The position numbers and the translations under genes are program-made. From positions 68,386,001 to 68,450,000 of the forward strand of contig OZ024747.1 in assembly GCA_964016885.1 (NCBI GenBank): DNA of 64,000 nt. Reading direction: 5' to 3'. This document shows positions 43,575-57,614 of the stretch, piece by piece. Position 1 is the stretch's first letter, and each line of letters starts with the position of its first letter. A model generated the notes under the pieces. It did no database searches. It was given only the letters and a program-made list of their open reading frames with translations, and was not told the origin of the DNA. This DNA comes from Eledone cirrhosa. Its lineage: Eukaryota.

Positions 43575-44119
43575 TCTGAAACTTCGTTTCTGACTCCGTC
43601 ACTTCTCGCTTCATTCCTAACCCACCTATCATTACCTTTAAGTGCAGCCGTAATCTCTGTAACCTTCTTGTCCGCAGTCTCTTCTCCTCCTCTTCTAAGA
43701 CTCCACCTGGCTCCCGTCCCTGCTCTTGGCCCCGTTGTAATACCTGTTCCTACATAACAAATCTCACCACCCCTCACATGTACAAACCATTTTCACACTC
43801 GTCATTCCTTCAGATGCATCTCTACCAACGTCGTCAATGCCCTCTGATGTTCCCTTTGCGGGTCTATATACATCAGACAAACGGGCCGCCATTTGGCGGA
43901 TCGATTCACCGAATGCCTGAGGAATATACAACTGAGAAAAGACACCCCTGTCCCCCGTTACTAATGTTCCCCCAACCATTCTACTCAATACCTCACTGTC
44001 CCAGGCCTCATTTTATACCATGGATGCCCAGCCACTCGTACCAAGACCGAGCAGAACTTAATTTTTTGCCTTGGAACTACTTTTCCAAGTGGATTCAATT
44101 CCACACACAGTTTCTATAA
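43575..44119 (+). pseudogene. Degenerate GIY-YIG endonuclease region of another Penelope-like family
   Basis: Across frameshifts: RCNTCSYIT; FRCISTNVV; CSLCGSIYIRQTGRHLADRF; terminal GTTFPSGFN..FL*. Confidence 0.75.
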
Positions 44120-44722
44120 CTTCTCTTTATCCGTGTTCTCACATACAAGTAATATGTTATTCAATCACCAGTACTTTCATATTTTCTAACTAAATTTTAA
44201 AGAAATTCATTGTCATTTTTTTCGTTTTGTCAAAAGATTCTGAGCAGTTTAGTTGAATGTTTATTTTAGCTATCAGAAGACCCCTGACTGTATCTTCTGC
44301 CATATTGCCCCTCTTATTTGGCAACACATTATTTATTATAGAATACACTCGTTACAATTGTGCAGCAGTAGCAGGAAGACTACTACAGCACTAAGATATA
44401 TTACTAATATGTACCTTTCTTTGCAATGAGCAAAACAATTTGTCATTTTCTTCATATCTAACTTTATGTGTTGGCCAAATTTCTTCCTTAAAAGCTCAAA
44501 AGACAATACCGACAACAACCTTATCAATCAATTGATCAATATTTATTATTTGCTTTAAAATTATTTGGTTAATCTTAACAACTCAACAAAATACGTCACC
44601 AGAATTTAACCACACAATCTTCACCTTTTCAATCCTCTCCTTATTTTCTTCTAACTTTTTCAGCAAGGCCTTTGTATCTTGAGGCACAAATTCATAGTTT
44701 TTACGTTATTATATATTTGTTA

Positions 44723-45008
44723 CTAGCAGTAGTACCCGGCGTTGCACGGGATAAGGTATTTTGGAACGCGGGCCGCCAACAGACCTAATCGTGGAAAAAC
44801 TGCATGCCAGGACAATATGTAAAGAAAATAAACCGAATACTCTGATGGCTGGATAATCTTTAAGATTTTCCTCGATGAAGCAGGAAAAATGCAGGTTTTC
44901 ACCTAATGCGGGCCCTAGGGGATCAAGAAAATGGATTTTTTTTTATGTGCATAATATGCTTTGAAATTTCGGGAAAATCGGCTAGACGTAACGCCTCGAA
45001 AAAGCTGA
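44723..45008 (-). mobile_element. Helitron 3' end, same family as ~38670-38949
   Basis: Reverse complement ends cccgtgcaacgccgggtactactgCTAG|t. Confidence 0.75.
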
Positions 45009-45159
45009 AAGAATTGTTTTATCAGTTCCGGAAGGTGTTCTAGGGAACAAAGGTAAGAAGAATTCAGGCTAAGAAAAATGTTGGTGAATTGTCTGTGAAT
45101 CATCGAAGCTCTGCAGTTTGTCTTCATTTCTCATGGAAAACGAGTCTTATATAAGGCTT

Positions 45160-45530
45160 AATAATTGTTTCTACTTTATTTTTCGATGCCGTAAGGATGA
45201 AAGGAAAAGCTAACGTCGGCGGGAATTAAACTCATAAGGTTAAGGGCCGTAACTCTATGCCGCAAAGTTGTCCGACGCCCAACCGATACTGCCCTTTATA
45301 AGGCTTAATAATGGTTTCTTATATAGGCACAAAGCCAGCAACTTTGGGGAAGGGAAAGTTGATTAAATCGACCCCAGTGCGTGACTGGTACTTTATTTTA
45401 TCGACCCCGTAAGGATGAAAGGCAAAGTTAACCTCGGCGTGATTTGAACTCAGAATGGGAAGGGTCGTAACTCCATGTGTCAAAGCATGGCGTCCGACCC
45501 TCTACCGATACTGCCAATCCACCGCCTTAA
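45160..45530 (-). mobile_element. Abundant SINE family (further copies at 48790-48860, 49110-49245, 50160-50545, 50908-51130, 52440-52795; opposite strand at 36015-36090, 53585-53670)
   Basis: Repeated ggcacaaggccagcaa..gtcgattaaatcgaccccagt..ggtactttattttatcgacccc..gatttgaactc; B-box gagttcaaatc on the minus strand; (ATT)n-like tail. Confidence 0.8.
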
Positions 45531-45656
45531 TAATAATAGTTATTAATGTGAGATCAAGCAAGAGTCCAAAGAGTTCTATTATTCTCTCAACCCGAGGAAA
45601 TTATTTTTTAATTCCGTAACTCCTGGGGGAGACGTAGGGGCGCCGCATTGACATAC

Positions 45657-45698
<42 letters not shown>

Positions 45699-45820
45699 GG
45701 GAGGACAGCAAGTGACACTTTCCTGACGATACTCCAGGCTTGTGTATTCGTTACTCGAAACTTTGTTCGTCACCCTAGATGTTTTATGTTCGGAAAAAAT
45801 TGTTCGTGACCCGATTTGTT

Positions 45821-45888
<68 letters not shown>

Positions 45889-45917
45889 TTATATATATAT
45901 ATATACAGTATATATAT

Positions 45918-45969
<52 letters not shown>

Positions 45970-46072
45970 TTATATATATATATATATACTAAAAAATTGA
46001 ACGGGAACAAAACAGAGAGGCAGTATGAACAAAGGTTTATTAGTTTAACGCTCTTGAGAGTGGGGTGGTGGT

Positions 46073-46112
46073 GGGGAATGACGTTTCGGGCATACCCTTC
46101 TTCAGGTGAAAA
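46073..46112 (-). ncRNA. Penelope-type minimal hammerhead core in an old pseudo-LTR remnant (~46020-46720)
   Basis: CTGAAGA a ggg-tatg-ccc GAAA cg TC; stem I pairs poorly in this copy. Confidence 0.55.
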
Positions 46113-46763
46113 GTGTGTGGGAAGAGAGTTCCAAGGGTGTGTAGGGGAGTGGTGGAGAGACATATAGCAAAAAGGGGGTGAGAGGAAACGGTACAAATGA
46201 AATTAAATATAAAGGCATGATAAAAATAAAAATACACATGAAGTAAAACAGGTGGTGGAAGGGTGTGGGGCGTGTAGGGGTGGTGGCGGGTGGAGTGGGG
46301 AGAGGGAGACGGGGTATCCGAGCGGGGAGGGCTGAAGGTGGTGTGTGTGTGTAGGTGTACGTGTGTGTGTGTGAGTGTGTATGTGAAAGTAAGAGTTGGG
46401 GGAAGAACAGGGTTGCATGTTCAGGAAGAGGTGTGTGTGGGGTGGGGTGTAGGTCGGAGTGTGTGTGCGTGTGTGGATAGAGGGTGGGGGGAGAGGATTC
46501 CGGAGGCTGAATGTGTAAATATGTGGTGGTACGCACGTGTGTGTGTGGTGTTTATGCGTGTTGTGGATGTAGATGGCGTGTGGGGAAAAACAATTTTTTG
46601 GGGTGTATGTCCGTGGGTAAGTCGTTAAGGTAATTCCGTAGACGGTGTGGTGGAATGCTGGGTAATATCCTTGGGATGTGGCGGATTCTCGGGATCAAGG
46701 TTCACATATGTGTAATCCGTGAAGAGATTGGTCGGATATATATGGATATATATATATATACAG

Positions 46764-46806
<43 letters not shown>

Positions 46807-47122
46807 CATACATACACATATATATGCATTCAGAAACATATCTATATATCTACACATAAAAGATTCATAAACACAGACACACACACACTTCTGTGTATGT
46901 GTGTGTGTGTATGTGTGTATTTATGTATGTGTGTACGTATGTGCGGACGCGTCTATGCGGTTGAAATTTAAATGCCAACCAAAAGAAGGACGAGAAAAAT
47001 CGATATTTTTAATCATAGTTTATATTTCAATATTTGTACAGGTGCCGATGCAACATTTGTTGAGTAACACATTATCTGCCTGTGTATATTTGTATTTATA
47101 TATACATACATATATACATATA

Positions 47123-47247
<125 letters not shown>

Positions 47248-47279
47248 CTCTCTCTCTATATATATATATACATATGCGC

Positions 47280-47331
<52 letters not shown>

Positions 47332-47332
47332 G

Positions 47333-47538
47333 AATATATAGTCGCCACAATGCTGATAACTATAGTGATATTTAATAATTATAGATAATAGTTGAATAAA
47401 TTGAATAAATCAGATCGACAGAAGAAAATGGACAGAGATACGACGTTTTATGTCTCTAGGGTACTTTATCTGATTTATTCTACTATTGTCTATTGTTATC
47501 AACTATTATTATAGTTAACTACATTGTGGTGATTATAT
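47333..47538. repeat. AT-rich imperfect inverted repeat (MITE-like)
   Basis: tagtcgccacaatg..aactatagtgata..gaataaatcagat pairs with atctgatttattc..tattatagtt..cattgtggtgatta. Confidence 0.6.
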
Positions 47539-47909
47539 TTTCGAATTTCAGATTTCAAATTTCACAATGCTTCGTAAGTTAAAGAGAAACAACCTTATAG
47601 ATATTTTAGTATTACTAATCAATAATGAAAAATCATGCGGAGGAGATATGATTTAACAGAAACACCAAAATATAGAAAATTTCAATTAGTACTTTTTACT
47701 CTCGTCCGTCGGGGATCTCAATTCAATCATCAATTCCCGACAGTGTTGGCCTAAATTTTCATATATGACCTTTTACTGTGTTATGAAAATAGATAAACCG
47801 AAATTGTTGTTTAACATGAGCTATTTGAAAGGGATCGCTGCTACCATTAAGACCAACTAGGCAGACGCCTGTGACGCAAACCTCACACAGCCGTATTACT
47901 GAACCTTAA

Positions 47910-48125
47910 CCCTTCAGCATTTAAACCAGCCATATCCGGCCAGAATTCTCTCACTTCTTTTTGTTCAAACCGGCAGTAACTGGCCACTAATACTGGTGTT
48001 AAGGTATTGTTCTCAAAATGAATAATATCAAAATCTCATAGATTCGATATTATGTGAGATAATCATGAAATGTGTTTGCTGTGAAAATATAATAGTAAAT
48101 ATAGAGAAATGTAAATGCTAAAGGG
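47910..48125. mobile_element. piggyBac-type MITE
   Basis: TTAA|cccttcagcattta ... taaatgctaaaggg|TTAA. Confidence 0.8.
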
Positions 48126-49756
48126 TTAAAGGTTCACAGTTTTATACAGAGACATTCCGTTAGAACGAAATTCACGTGGTATAAAAAATTTGTTGTAACG
48201 AAAAATTCTCTATACCGTGATCGACCGAAACAAATCGAACTGTCGTTTGTTATTACCTCGGGGATTGAAAAAAAGTTCGTTATACTGACAAATTTGTTTT
48301 AACGACGAGTATTCTAGTTGTTTAGTCAATTAAACAACATACTCGTGAGCCCTTAACGTATATACTATGAAGATTCCGCGTGACACAGTTGGTGATATGG
48401 CTGCCCCTTTGAATTACAAGTTTAGTTCATGCGACGAGCTTTGAAAAGGTTTCCATCTCCCTAATTTCACGACTCGCGGTTATGGTAAATGACACTTACC
48501 CAAGATGTCACGCAGTGGAATTGAACCCCGGATCTAACGATTGCGAAGAGAACTCCTAAACCATGCTCCGTTCACAACCACACTGTTATGAGGCAACATA
48601 TATGTATAAAACCACGGCTGTCACTCGCAATCTAGCATGACTTGGGAGTATGTACCATGTTTTATGTACCATATTTTCACCAAAGGTTTTAAGTGTCGAT
48701 GTAGTCTCGACTCTCCCTTCTGTCTCTTTAACCTGTGGAACAATCAGAGTAACACAGCTGGACGAAGAGAAGGTTGCAACAGTATGAGTGTTGGTACTTA
48801 CTTTATCGACCCCGAAAAGATAAACGGCAAAGTGAAGCTCGGCAGATGAACTCAGAGCGTGCATAAGGTCGGAACAAATCGTCCACCTTAACGGACTGAA
48901 AACATTTTAAAATGGCTGCCATGAATCCGTAACTCCACGTGGTGTCGAAGGAGAACCATGGTGATATACGGCGTGTCTTCGGCCTATTTAAACCTAGTCT
49001 ATCATGTCTCTCTCTACGTTTGAAAACAGCCAGGATTTTTTTTTCAGAGAAAGAGGGAGAGAGAGGGAGAGAGGGGAGAGAGAGAATGGGGAAGAGAGAG
49101 ATAGAGGAAGTATCGACCCCAGTACTGAACTGATACTTTATTTATCGACCTCGAGAGGATGGAAAACAAAGTTGGCCTCTGTGATTTGAACTCAGAGCGG
49201 GTGTAAGACCAAAACAAATGTCGCAACGCTCTAACGATTCGGCCAAATCGATCAGCTGACGTCAATGTTAATGGAATCACTAACCTGACATGAGTTGTAT
49301 TTTAAATTCGGTTTCACTGAGTCAGACATACAGCAAATTCGGTTGTGATTCTGGGTCAGCAAACAACAACATTTTTTCTACTTGTAAGCTCGAAAATATT
49401 TCAGTGGGTGTCATTAGTGTTTTATTATTGACTTACCACATTCTGATATTGCAAAAATATTATCTTCGTAAAAGTAACATAAGTTTGGAAGAGAAAAGAA
49501 AGTAGCTAGCGGGTGGTTGGAGGCAGCGGAAAGAGCCTCTTTTCAGTTTCGATATAGTAGAGAAGAGGTAAGCGAGAAGATGGATAGTTTTTTTGTTTTT
49601 TTTTACCAGCCAGAGGGGTTACGATTCAGGGTCGAAAATCTCAATGAACGTTGTGAACCCTCTGATGTCATCAACTCCTCCTGGCCAAGGTTATATTCAC
49701 TGAAGTTGAACGAGTGTGAAGCATTTTCTTTAAGATGTAATTGCCCTTGTTGTTGT

Positions 49757-50040
49757 GAAGGTGCGTGGCTTAGAGGTTGAAGTGCTCGATTACCTTAGGG
49801 GTGTTGTGTCCTTGAGAAAGACACTTTATTTCACATTGCTCCAATTCACTCAGTTGGCAAAAAGGAGTTGTACTTGTAATTCAAAGGACCAGCCTTGCCA
49901 CACACTGTTGCTCTGAATCTCCCTGAGAAGTACATTCAGGGTACATATGTCTATGGAATACTTTACAGCCATCTGCTGTTTCGTTGATCGAATCCACTGC
50001 AACGTTTTTCGTCGGAACTAACGGAGGTTTGACACATCTA
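49757..50040 (+). mobile_element. Degenerate tRNA-derived SINE
   Basis: gaaggtgcgtggcttag...gtgttgtgtccttgagaaagacactttatttcacattgctcca. Confidence 0.6.
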
Positions 50041-51413
50041 CCAAATTCCATTCACAAGGTATTAGTCATTCCAAGGCTAAAGGCATTCTCCCAATGTACC
50101 CTGCAATGGGATCGAACGTGCTTGTGGCTTGTGAAGCGAGCTACACAATTATACCTATCAATAATAGTTTCTGATTTAGGCACAAGGTCAACAATTTTGG
50201 GGAAGGGGAAAGTCGATTAAATCGACCCCAGTGCATTACTGGTGCTTTATTTTCTTAACTCCGTAAGTGTGAAAGGCAAAGCTAACCTCGACAGGATTTG
50301 AACTCAGAACGTAAAGAGACGTAACTCTACGCTACAAAGCATGGTGTCCGACCCTCTACCGATACTGCCAATCCACCGCCCTACTATACTTATTAATAAT
50401 GGTTTCTTCTATAGGCCCAAGGCCAACAATTTTTTAGGATGGAAAAGTCGATTAAATCGACCCCAGTGTGTGACTGGTACTTTATTTTATCGACCTTGTA
50501 AGGATGAAAGGCAAAGTTAACCTCGGCGGGATTTGAACTCAGAATGGTTTCTGATTTAGTCTCAAGGTCAACTACTATACCTTTTAATAATAGTAATAAT
50601 CAGAGTGTTGTATTCCGCTGTTTTAGAACTTAACGAATAATGCTTTATTTTGTTATAAAATCAGTCACGTGAGAGTGTTTCCTTTTGTGAGTCTCTGTTA
50701 AACAACAGAACATGACAGATAATGAGTGACAAGCTAGTGAAAGAGGTGAGTGATGCGAATAGAATGGAGGGGGTGAAGACAGAGAGAAAAAGAGTGAGAG
50801 AGGAAGAAAGAGAGACGTAGTGGTGAGAGAGAACGAAATAGAAAAGAAGGCATGAAGAAAGAAAGAGGAAGCGAAAGAAGAGAGAGTAGAACGATGAAAG
50901 AGATAGATAATGGTTTCTAATATAGGCACAAGGCCAGCAATTTTGGGGGGAGGGGAAAGTCGATTAAATCGACCCCAGTACATTACTGGTACTTTATTTT
51001 ATCGACCCCGTAAAGATGAAAGGCAAAGTTAACCTTGGCGGGATTTGAACTCTGATCATAAAGGGCCGTAACTCTATACTGCAAAGCATGGTGTCCGACC
51101 CTCTACCGTTACTGCCAATCCACCACCCTTAATGATAGATAGATAATGAATAACAAACAGAGGAAGGAGGGATGGAGAGAGAGAATGAGAGAGGAACGAA
51201 GGTGGTGGAAGAAGAGAGGGGGGCAAGAGATAGCACTTGGTACTTCTATAATAGTTGGGATGTTCACGGCTGGAATACTTGTACCCACAGGTCTCCTCAA
51301 ACAGAGTTAGACTGGGGTTAAACAATAGCAACGACAGCAGCAACATCACTACCAGCACCACCAACAACAACAACAATGACCACCACAGCGATCCAATGAG
51401 AGAGACTCTATAT

Positions 51414-52167
51414 CAGGCATGTCAAAGATGCGGCCCTTTACAAGCACACCTGCGGCTCGCACAAAGGTTTTTACAGCGCGAGCGTATTTTATCTTCGTAA
51501 AATGTGTTGTAATGTGCGCAATTAGTTATCGTGGGTGGCCTTCAGACAACACATATGTGACCCATGTGACCCTCAGACAACACATATGTGACCCATGTGA
51601 CCCTCAGACAACACATATGTGACCCATGTGACCCTCAGACAACACATATGTGACCCATGTGACCCTCAGACAACACATATGTGACCCATGTGGCCTTCAG
51701 ACAACACATATGCGATCCATGTGGCCTTCAGACAACTCATATGTGATCCATGTGGCCCTCAAACAACACATATGTGATCCATGTGGCCCTCAAACAACAC
51801 ATATGTGATCCATGTGGCCCTCAGACAACACATATGTGACCCATGTGGCCCTCAGACAACACATATGCGATCCATGTGGCTCTCAGACAACACATATGTG
51901 ACCCATGTGGCCCTCAGACAACACTTATGTGATCTATGTGACCCTCAGACAACTCATATGTGATCCATGTGGCCCTCAGACAACACATATGTGACCCATG
52001 TGACCCTCAGACAACACATATGTGACCCATGTGGCCCTCAGACAACTCATATATGACCCATGTGGCCCTCAGACAACACATATGTGATCCATGTGGCCCT
52101 CAGACAACACATATGTGACCCATGTGACCCATGTGACCCTCGGGGGACCCTCAGTTTCACATGCTTG
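51414..52167. mobile_element. hAT-type MITE containing a 31-bp minisatellite (~19 units, 51537-52140)
   Basis: TIRs caggcatgtcaaa and tttcacatgcttg; 8-bp TSD ctctatat / ctctatgt; repeat unit ccctcagacaacacatatgtgacccatgtgr. Confidence 0.75.
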
Positions 52168-53105
52168 CTCTATGTGATCGTTCGCCCTGTTAGAATTAGA
52201 AGTCAAATTTCCCACAAATCACATTCCACCATAAGTAAGGAGACAAACTAAACAACGTAGAACAAGATACCCCCCCCCCCCCACCATCACAACCGCCACG
52301 AAGGTCAAGGCTGGAATGCTTTTGATCATACGTTTGTTCTATCAGGGGCTTAAAAAATAACAACAATGATGAGAACGAAAGATATTTAAAAACAAACGAT
52401 TAGTATTAAATTATAACACAGATAGAAAGCCAAACAGTATCTACCTCAGTACATGACTGGTACTATATTTTATGATTCTCAGAAGAAGTAAAGGTAAAGT
52501 CGGCATCGTTGCGATTTGAACTCAGAATTTGAAAAGAGGTAATGAAATTGCAAAAGACATATTGTCCACGACTCTAAAGATTCTGCCATCAACAACGCTA
52601 CCTATCACCAATTTTAATAAGTTTCTACTTTTGGCACAAGGCCAGCAATTATCCTAGTGCATTATTTTAACAACCCCGTATGGATGAAAGACAAAGTTAA
52701 CCTCGGCAGGATTTGAATTCAGAACGTAAAGGGCTGTAACTCTATGCTGCAAAGCATGGTGTCCGACGCTCTACCAATACTGCCAATCCACCAATTTTAA
52801 TAACGATCAGACTAATGAGTCAACAGAAGAAACAACAGCCAAATTTCCCCTCAGATCACACAAAATTGTCTCTAAAAAAAGGAAAGAACCCATTGCAGAG
52901 GATACACAACACAGTTTTTGCTAAAACAACAAACAATGTCTCAGATGGACATTTAAGTTGACGTCATTCGTCAGCTGACTTTTTGTCGTTCGCCGAAATA
53001 CTCTGTTTCAATTTAGCAGACATACATCATTATCTTCTATGTCTCAGTCACGAACATAGATGTGAGTGTGTATATATCTATTTATATATATATATATACA
53101 CACAC

Positions 53106-53138
<33 letters not shown>

Positions 53139-54149
53139 TGTATGTATGTATGTATGTATGTATGTATGTATGTATGTATGTATGTATGTATGTATGTATG
53201 TATGCAGCATATGGTTGTGGACCTTTACGTTATGAGTTCAAATCCTTACAGGGTCGATAAAGTAAAGTACCAGTAATGCACTGGAGTGGATTTGATCGAT
53301 CTTCCTCTCCCCAAATTGTTGACTGTATCTGCATCAGTGAGCTGCTCAACATTACCACACTTAGACCAATTACATCAATTGTCAAGTCATATACAGTCAT
53401 ATAAAAAGATCGACTCGTGGTGTCAGTTATTCCTGGAAGGAAGGTTGACTGGTAAGAGAAAGCAGAGACCAGCAGCCAAAACGATGGCTTGACAATGTCA
53501 ACTTATGGACTGGACTTGATCTTTGCTCTTTAAACTTTGTGGAGAAAAATATCTCATGTTGATGCGCAGCCTGCAACTGGCGGAGTTTAGCGCCACAAAA
53601 ATGCACTGGGGTCGATTTATTCGATTTTCCTCTCCCAAAATTGTTGGCCTTGTGCCTAATTCAGAAACCATTGTCATCATAATTTTAAAACAAGAAACTT
53701 TCGTCAACCACGGTCCCTGAACTGCTGTTTTCCTACACTAATTTGAAAGGCGGGCATATTGCCTGCGGAAGGAGTCACGCAAGGTAGAATGGCTGATGTA
53801 GCGGGTATCACTAGCTGCTTTCCATGTCAATGCTTTCACTATCCACGAAACGTAGCTGAGATATACTTTTTTCTTTGTTCTTTTCTTTCTTTTTCTTTTT
53901 TCCTTACCCTTTCTTTTTATCATTATAATATTGCAAATAAAATTTAATGCATTTCGAATTAATATCTTTATAATATGAAATTGATTTTATTAATTATGTT
54001 TCAATCTCGATATTATTGATTAATCTATAATTAAGATAAATGTTTAAATGATTATTTCTTTTTTTCGAACATTATTCTAATTAACTACTATTGTATATCT
54101 ATATCTATGTTTGTATGTATGTATGTATTATGTATGTATGTATGTATGT

Positions 54150-54551
54150 ATGACCCCTTAGCCTTTGTCAGGGCAGAATTCTAGGAGAAGGAAAACTCTG
54201 ATATAACACCTGCAACTCTGATGGTATCCAATGATGTTGACTTGTTCTTCTTTTTGGTAAATATCATCTTGGTTAAGAGAGTGGGACTGGCTTTGTGCAG
54301 TGCCTTTGCTCACTATAAAAGCTTCACAGCACAGGTATTGCTTAATATCTGGAGATCTCTCTCCACTTGTCGTCACATGGTACCAAGGGCCCAGCATTAT
54401 GTGTCAATAATTGTCACAAGTATAGTGTTTGTACCAGAGTTTTCAAGTCGCTGGCTGGACTAAAAAGTCACACTCGTTCAGCGCATCGGTAGGGATTCTC
54501 CTACATGGATATAAAGTAGTGGCCGTACTCGAAAACGAGTTGGCAGCCACC
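54150..54551 (+). mobile_element. 5'-truncated copy of the (ATGT)n-tailed non-autonomous retroposon
   Basis: Reverse complement of ~31915-32315; ends gccacc-atgtatgtatg. Confidence 0.8.
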
Positions 54552-54604
54552 ATGTATGTATGCACAAACATACACACACACACACATATATATATATACA
54601 CATA

Positions 54605-57254
54605 TGGATATGTAGTCCTGATGATTTCTAACGAGAATGAAACGCGTAGATTACTTCCCTTGCTTTTATCGAGAATCTAATTGTAATACGTGACGTATTC
54701 TATTCTATAGCGATTAGGTCTTCAAAATGTTTATTATAAACATACAGAATATTTTCGAATATTCTATGTCTATATTCACATATATATCGCTATTTCAGAG
54801 CATTTATTCCAATTTCTAATTTCTGCCGGACCGGCAACCGCTCTTTCAAACCAGTTCCTGTACACAGCTAAGTATTCTATAAGTCTCTAGCTGTGTCATT
54901 CTCGATAAAAGCACTGGATATGTAGTCCTGATGATTTCTAACGAGAATGAAACGCGTAGATTACTTCCCTTGCTTTTATCGAGAATCTAATTGTAATACG
55001 TGACGTATTCTATTCTATAGCGATTAGGTCTTCAAAATGTTTATTATAAACATACAGAATATTTTCGAATATTCTATGTCTATATTCACATATATATCGC
55101 TATTTCAGAGCATTTATTCCAATTTCTAATTTCTGCCGGACCGGCAACCGCTCTTTCAAACCAGTTCCTGTACACAGCTAAGTATTCTATAAGTCTCTAG
55201 CTGTGTCATTCTCGATAAAAGCACTGGATATGTAGTCCTGATGATTTCTAACGAGAATGAAACGCGTAGATTACTTCCCTTGCTTTTATCGAGAATCTAA
55301 TTGTAATACGTGACGTATTCTATTCTATAGCGATTAGGTCTTCAAAATGTTTATTATAAACATACAGAATATTTTCGAATATTCTATGTCTATATTCACA
55401 TATATATCGCTATTTCAGAGCATTTATTCCAATTTCTAATTTCTGCCGGACCGGCAACCGCTCTTTCAAACCAGTTCCTGTACACAGCTAAGTATTCTAT
55501 AAGTCTCTAGCTGTGTCATTCTCGATAAAAGCACTGGATATGTAGTCCTGATGATTTCTAACGAGAATGAAACGCGTAGATTACTTCCCTTGCTTTTATC
55601 GAGAATCTAATTGTAATACGTGACGTATTCTATTCTATAGCGATTAGGTCTTCAAAATGTTTATTATAAACATACAGAATATTTTCGAATATTCTATGTC
55701 TATATTCACATATATATCGCTATTTCAGAGCATTTATTCCAATTTCTAATTTCTGCCGGACCGGCAACCGCTCTTTCAAACCAGTTCCTGTACACAGCTA
55801 AGTATTCTATAAGTCTCTAGCTGTGTCATTCTCGATAAAAGCACTGGATATGTAGTCCTGATGATTTCTAACGAGAATGAAACGCGTAGATTACTTCCCT
55901 TGCTTTTATCGAGAATCTAATTGTAATACGTGACGTATTCTATTCTATAGCGATTAGGTCTTCAAAATGTTTATTATAAACATACAGAATATTTTCGAAT
56001 ATTCTATGTCTATATTCACATATATATCGCTATTTCAGAGCATTTATTCCAATTTCTAATTTCTGCCGGACCGGCAACCGCTCTTTCAAACCAGTTCCTG
56101 TACACAGCTAAGTATTCTATAAGTCTCTAGCTGTGTCATTCTCGATAAAAGCACTGGATATGTAGTCCTGATGATTTCTAACGAGAATGAAACGCGTAGA
56201 TTACTTCCCTTGCTTTTATCGAGAATCTAATTGTAATACGTGACGTATTCTATTCTATAGCGATTAGGTCTTCAAAATGTTTATTATAAACATACAGAAT
56301 ATTTTCGAATATTCTATGTCTATATTCACATATATATCGCTATTTCAGAGCATTTATTCCAATTTCTAATTTCTGCCGGACCGGCAACCGCTCTTTCAAA
56401 CCAGTTCCTGTACACAGCTAAGTATTCTATAAGTCTCTAGCTGTGTCATTCTCGATAAAAGCACTGGATATGTAGTCCTGATGATTTCTAACGAGAATGA
56501 AACGCGTAGATTACTTCCCTTGCTTTTATCGAGAATCTAATTGTAATACGTGACGTATTCTATTCTATAGCGATTAGGTCTTCAAAATGTTTATTATAAA
56601 CATACAGAATATTTTCGAATATTCTATGTCTATATTCACATATATATCGCTATTTCAGAGCATTTATTCCAATTTCTAATTTCTGCCGGACCGGCAACCG
56701 CTCTTTCAAACCAGTTCCTGTACACAGCTAAGTATTCTATAAGTCTCTAGCTGTGTCATTCTCGATAAAAGCACTGGATATGTAGTCCTGATGATTTCTA
56801 ACGAGAATGAAACGCGTAGATTACTTCCCTTGCTTTTATCGAGAATCTAATTGTAATACGTGACGTATTCTATTCTATAGCGATTAGGTCTTCAAAATGT
56901 TTATTATAAACATACAGAATATTTTCGAATATTCTATGTCTATATTCACATATATATCGCTATTTCAGAGCATTTATTCCAATTTCTAATTTCTGCCGGA
57001 CCGGCAACCGCTCTTTCAAACCAGTTCCTGTACACAGCTAAGTATTCTATAAGTCTCTAGCTGTGTCATTCTCGATAAAAGCACTGGATATGTAGTCCTG
57101 ATGATTTCTAACGAGAATGAAACGCGTAGATTACTTCCCTTGCTTTTATCGAGAATCTAATTGTAATACGTGACGTATTCTATTCTATAGCGATTAGGTG
57201 TTCAAAATGTTTATTATAAACATACAGAATATTTTCGAATATTCTATGTCTATA

Positions 57255-57258
<4 letters not shown>
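54605..57258 (+). mobile_element. Tandem array of 310-bp hammerhead-containing units (~8.6 copies), a putative non-LTR retrozyme
   Basis: Exact 310-bp period, only one substitution seen (57200), one HHR per unit, extensive internal self-complementarity, no ORF. Confidence 0.88.
54612..54654 (+). ncRNA. Minimal type I hammerhead ribozyme (9 copies, every 310 bp up to 57092-57134)
   Basis: gtagtc CTGATGA t ttct-aacg-agaa t GAAA cgcg TA gattac; 6-bp stem I, palindromic stem III, predicted cut after GUA at 54648. Confidence 0.88.
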
Positions 57259-57330
<72 letters not shown>

Positions 57331-57614
57331 ATTAGAAAAAATCAAAGATACGACCTTACATTCATTCCTTTATTTCTACGACCGTTTCAATACAGTCATA
57401 ACGGTACATGTAATTGCAGAACAACTGGAAATTATTAGTAAACAATTACCTACACCAAACATATTATCTACAATATAAATATATATATATGAATTGAGAG
57501 GGACGGGGCTGCGTGGTTACTGATAACGAGTGTTAGAAAAGGGAACACAAACAAGAGATAGATATTTTCCCTTCATCAGTTGTTTACTACGGGTCACAGA
57601 TGTTTCAGCACATG

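Noticed and set aside
45720-45825. Possible pogo/Tigger-like fragment with repeated cgaac motifs (similar pattern at 48150-48310)
   Set aside because: No paired TIRs or TSD identified, so too weak to call
51537-52140. CRISPR-like 31-bp repeats
   Set aside because: Units are contiguous without spacers, inside a MITE in eukaryotic DNA
54605-57258. CRISPR array or rDNA/snRNA gene array
   Set aside because: Units are identical with no unique spacers or cas genes, and no 5S, tRNA or snRNA motifs were recognised
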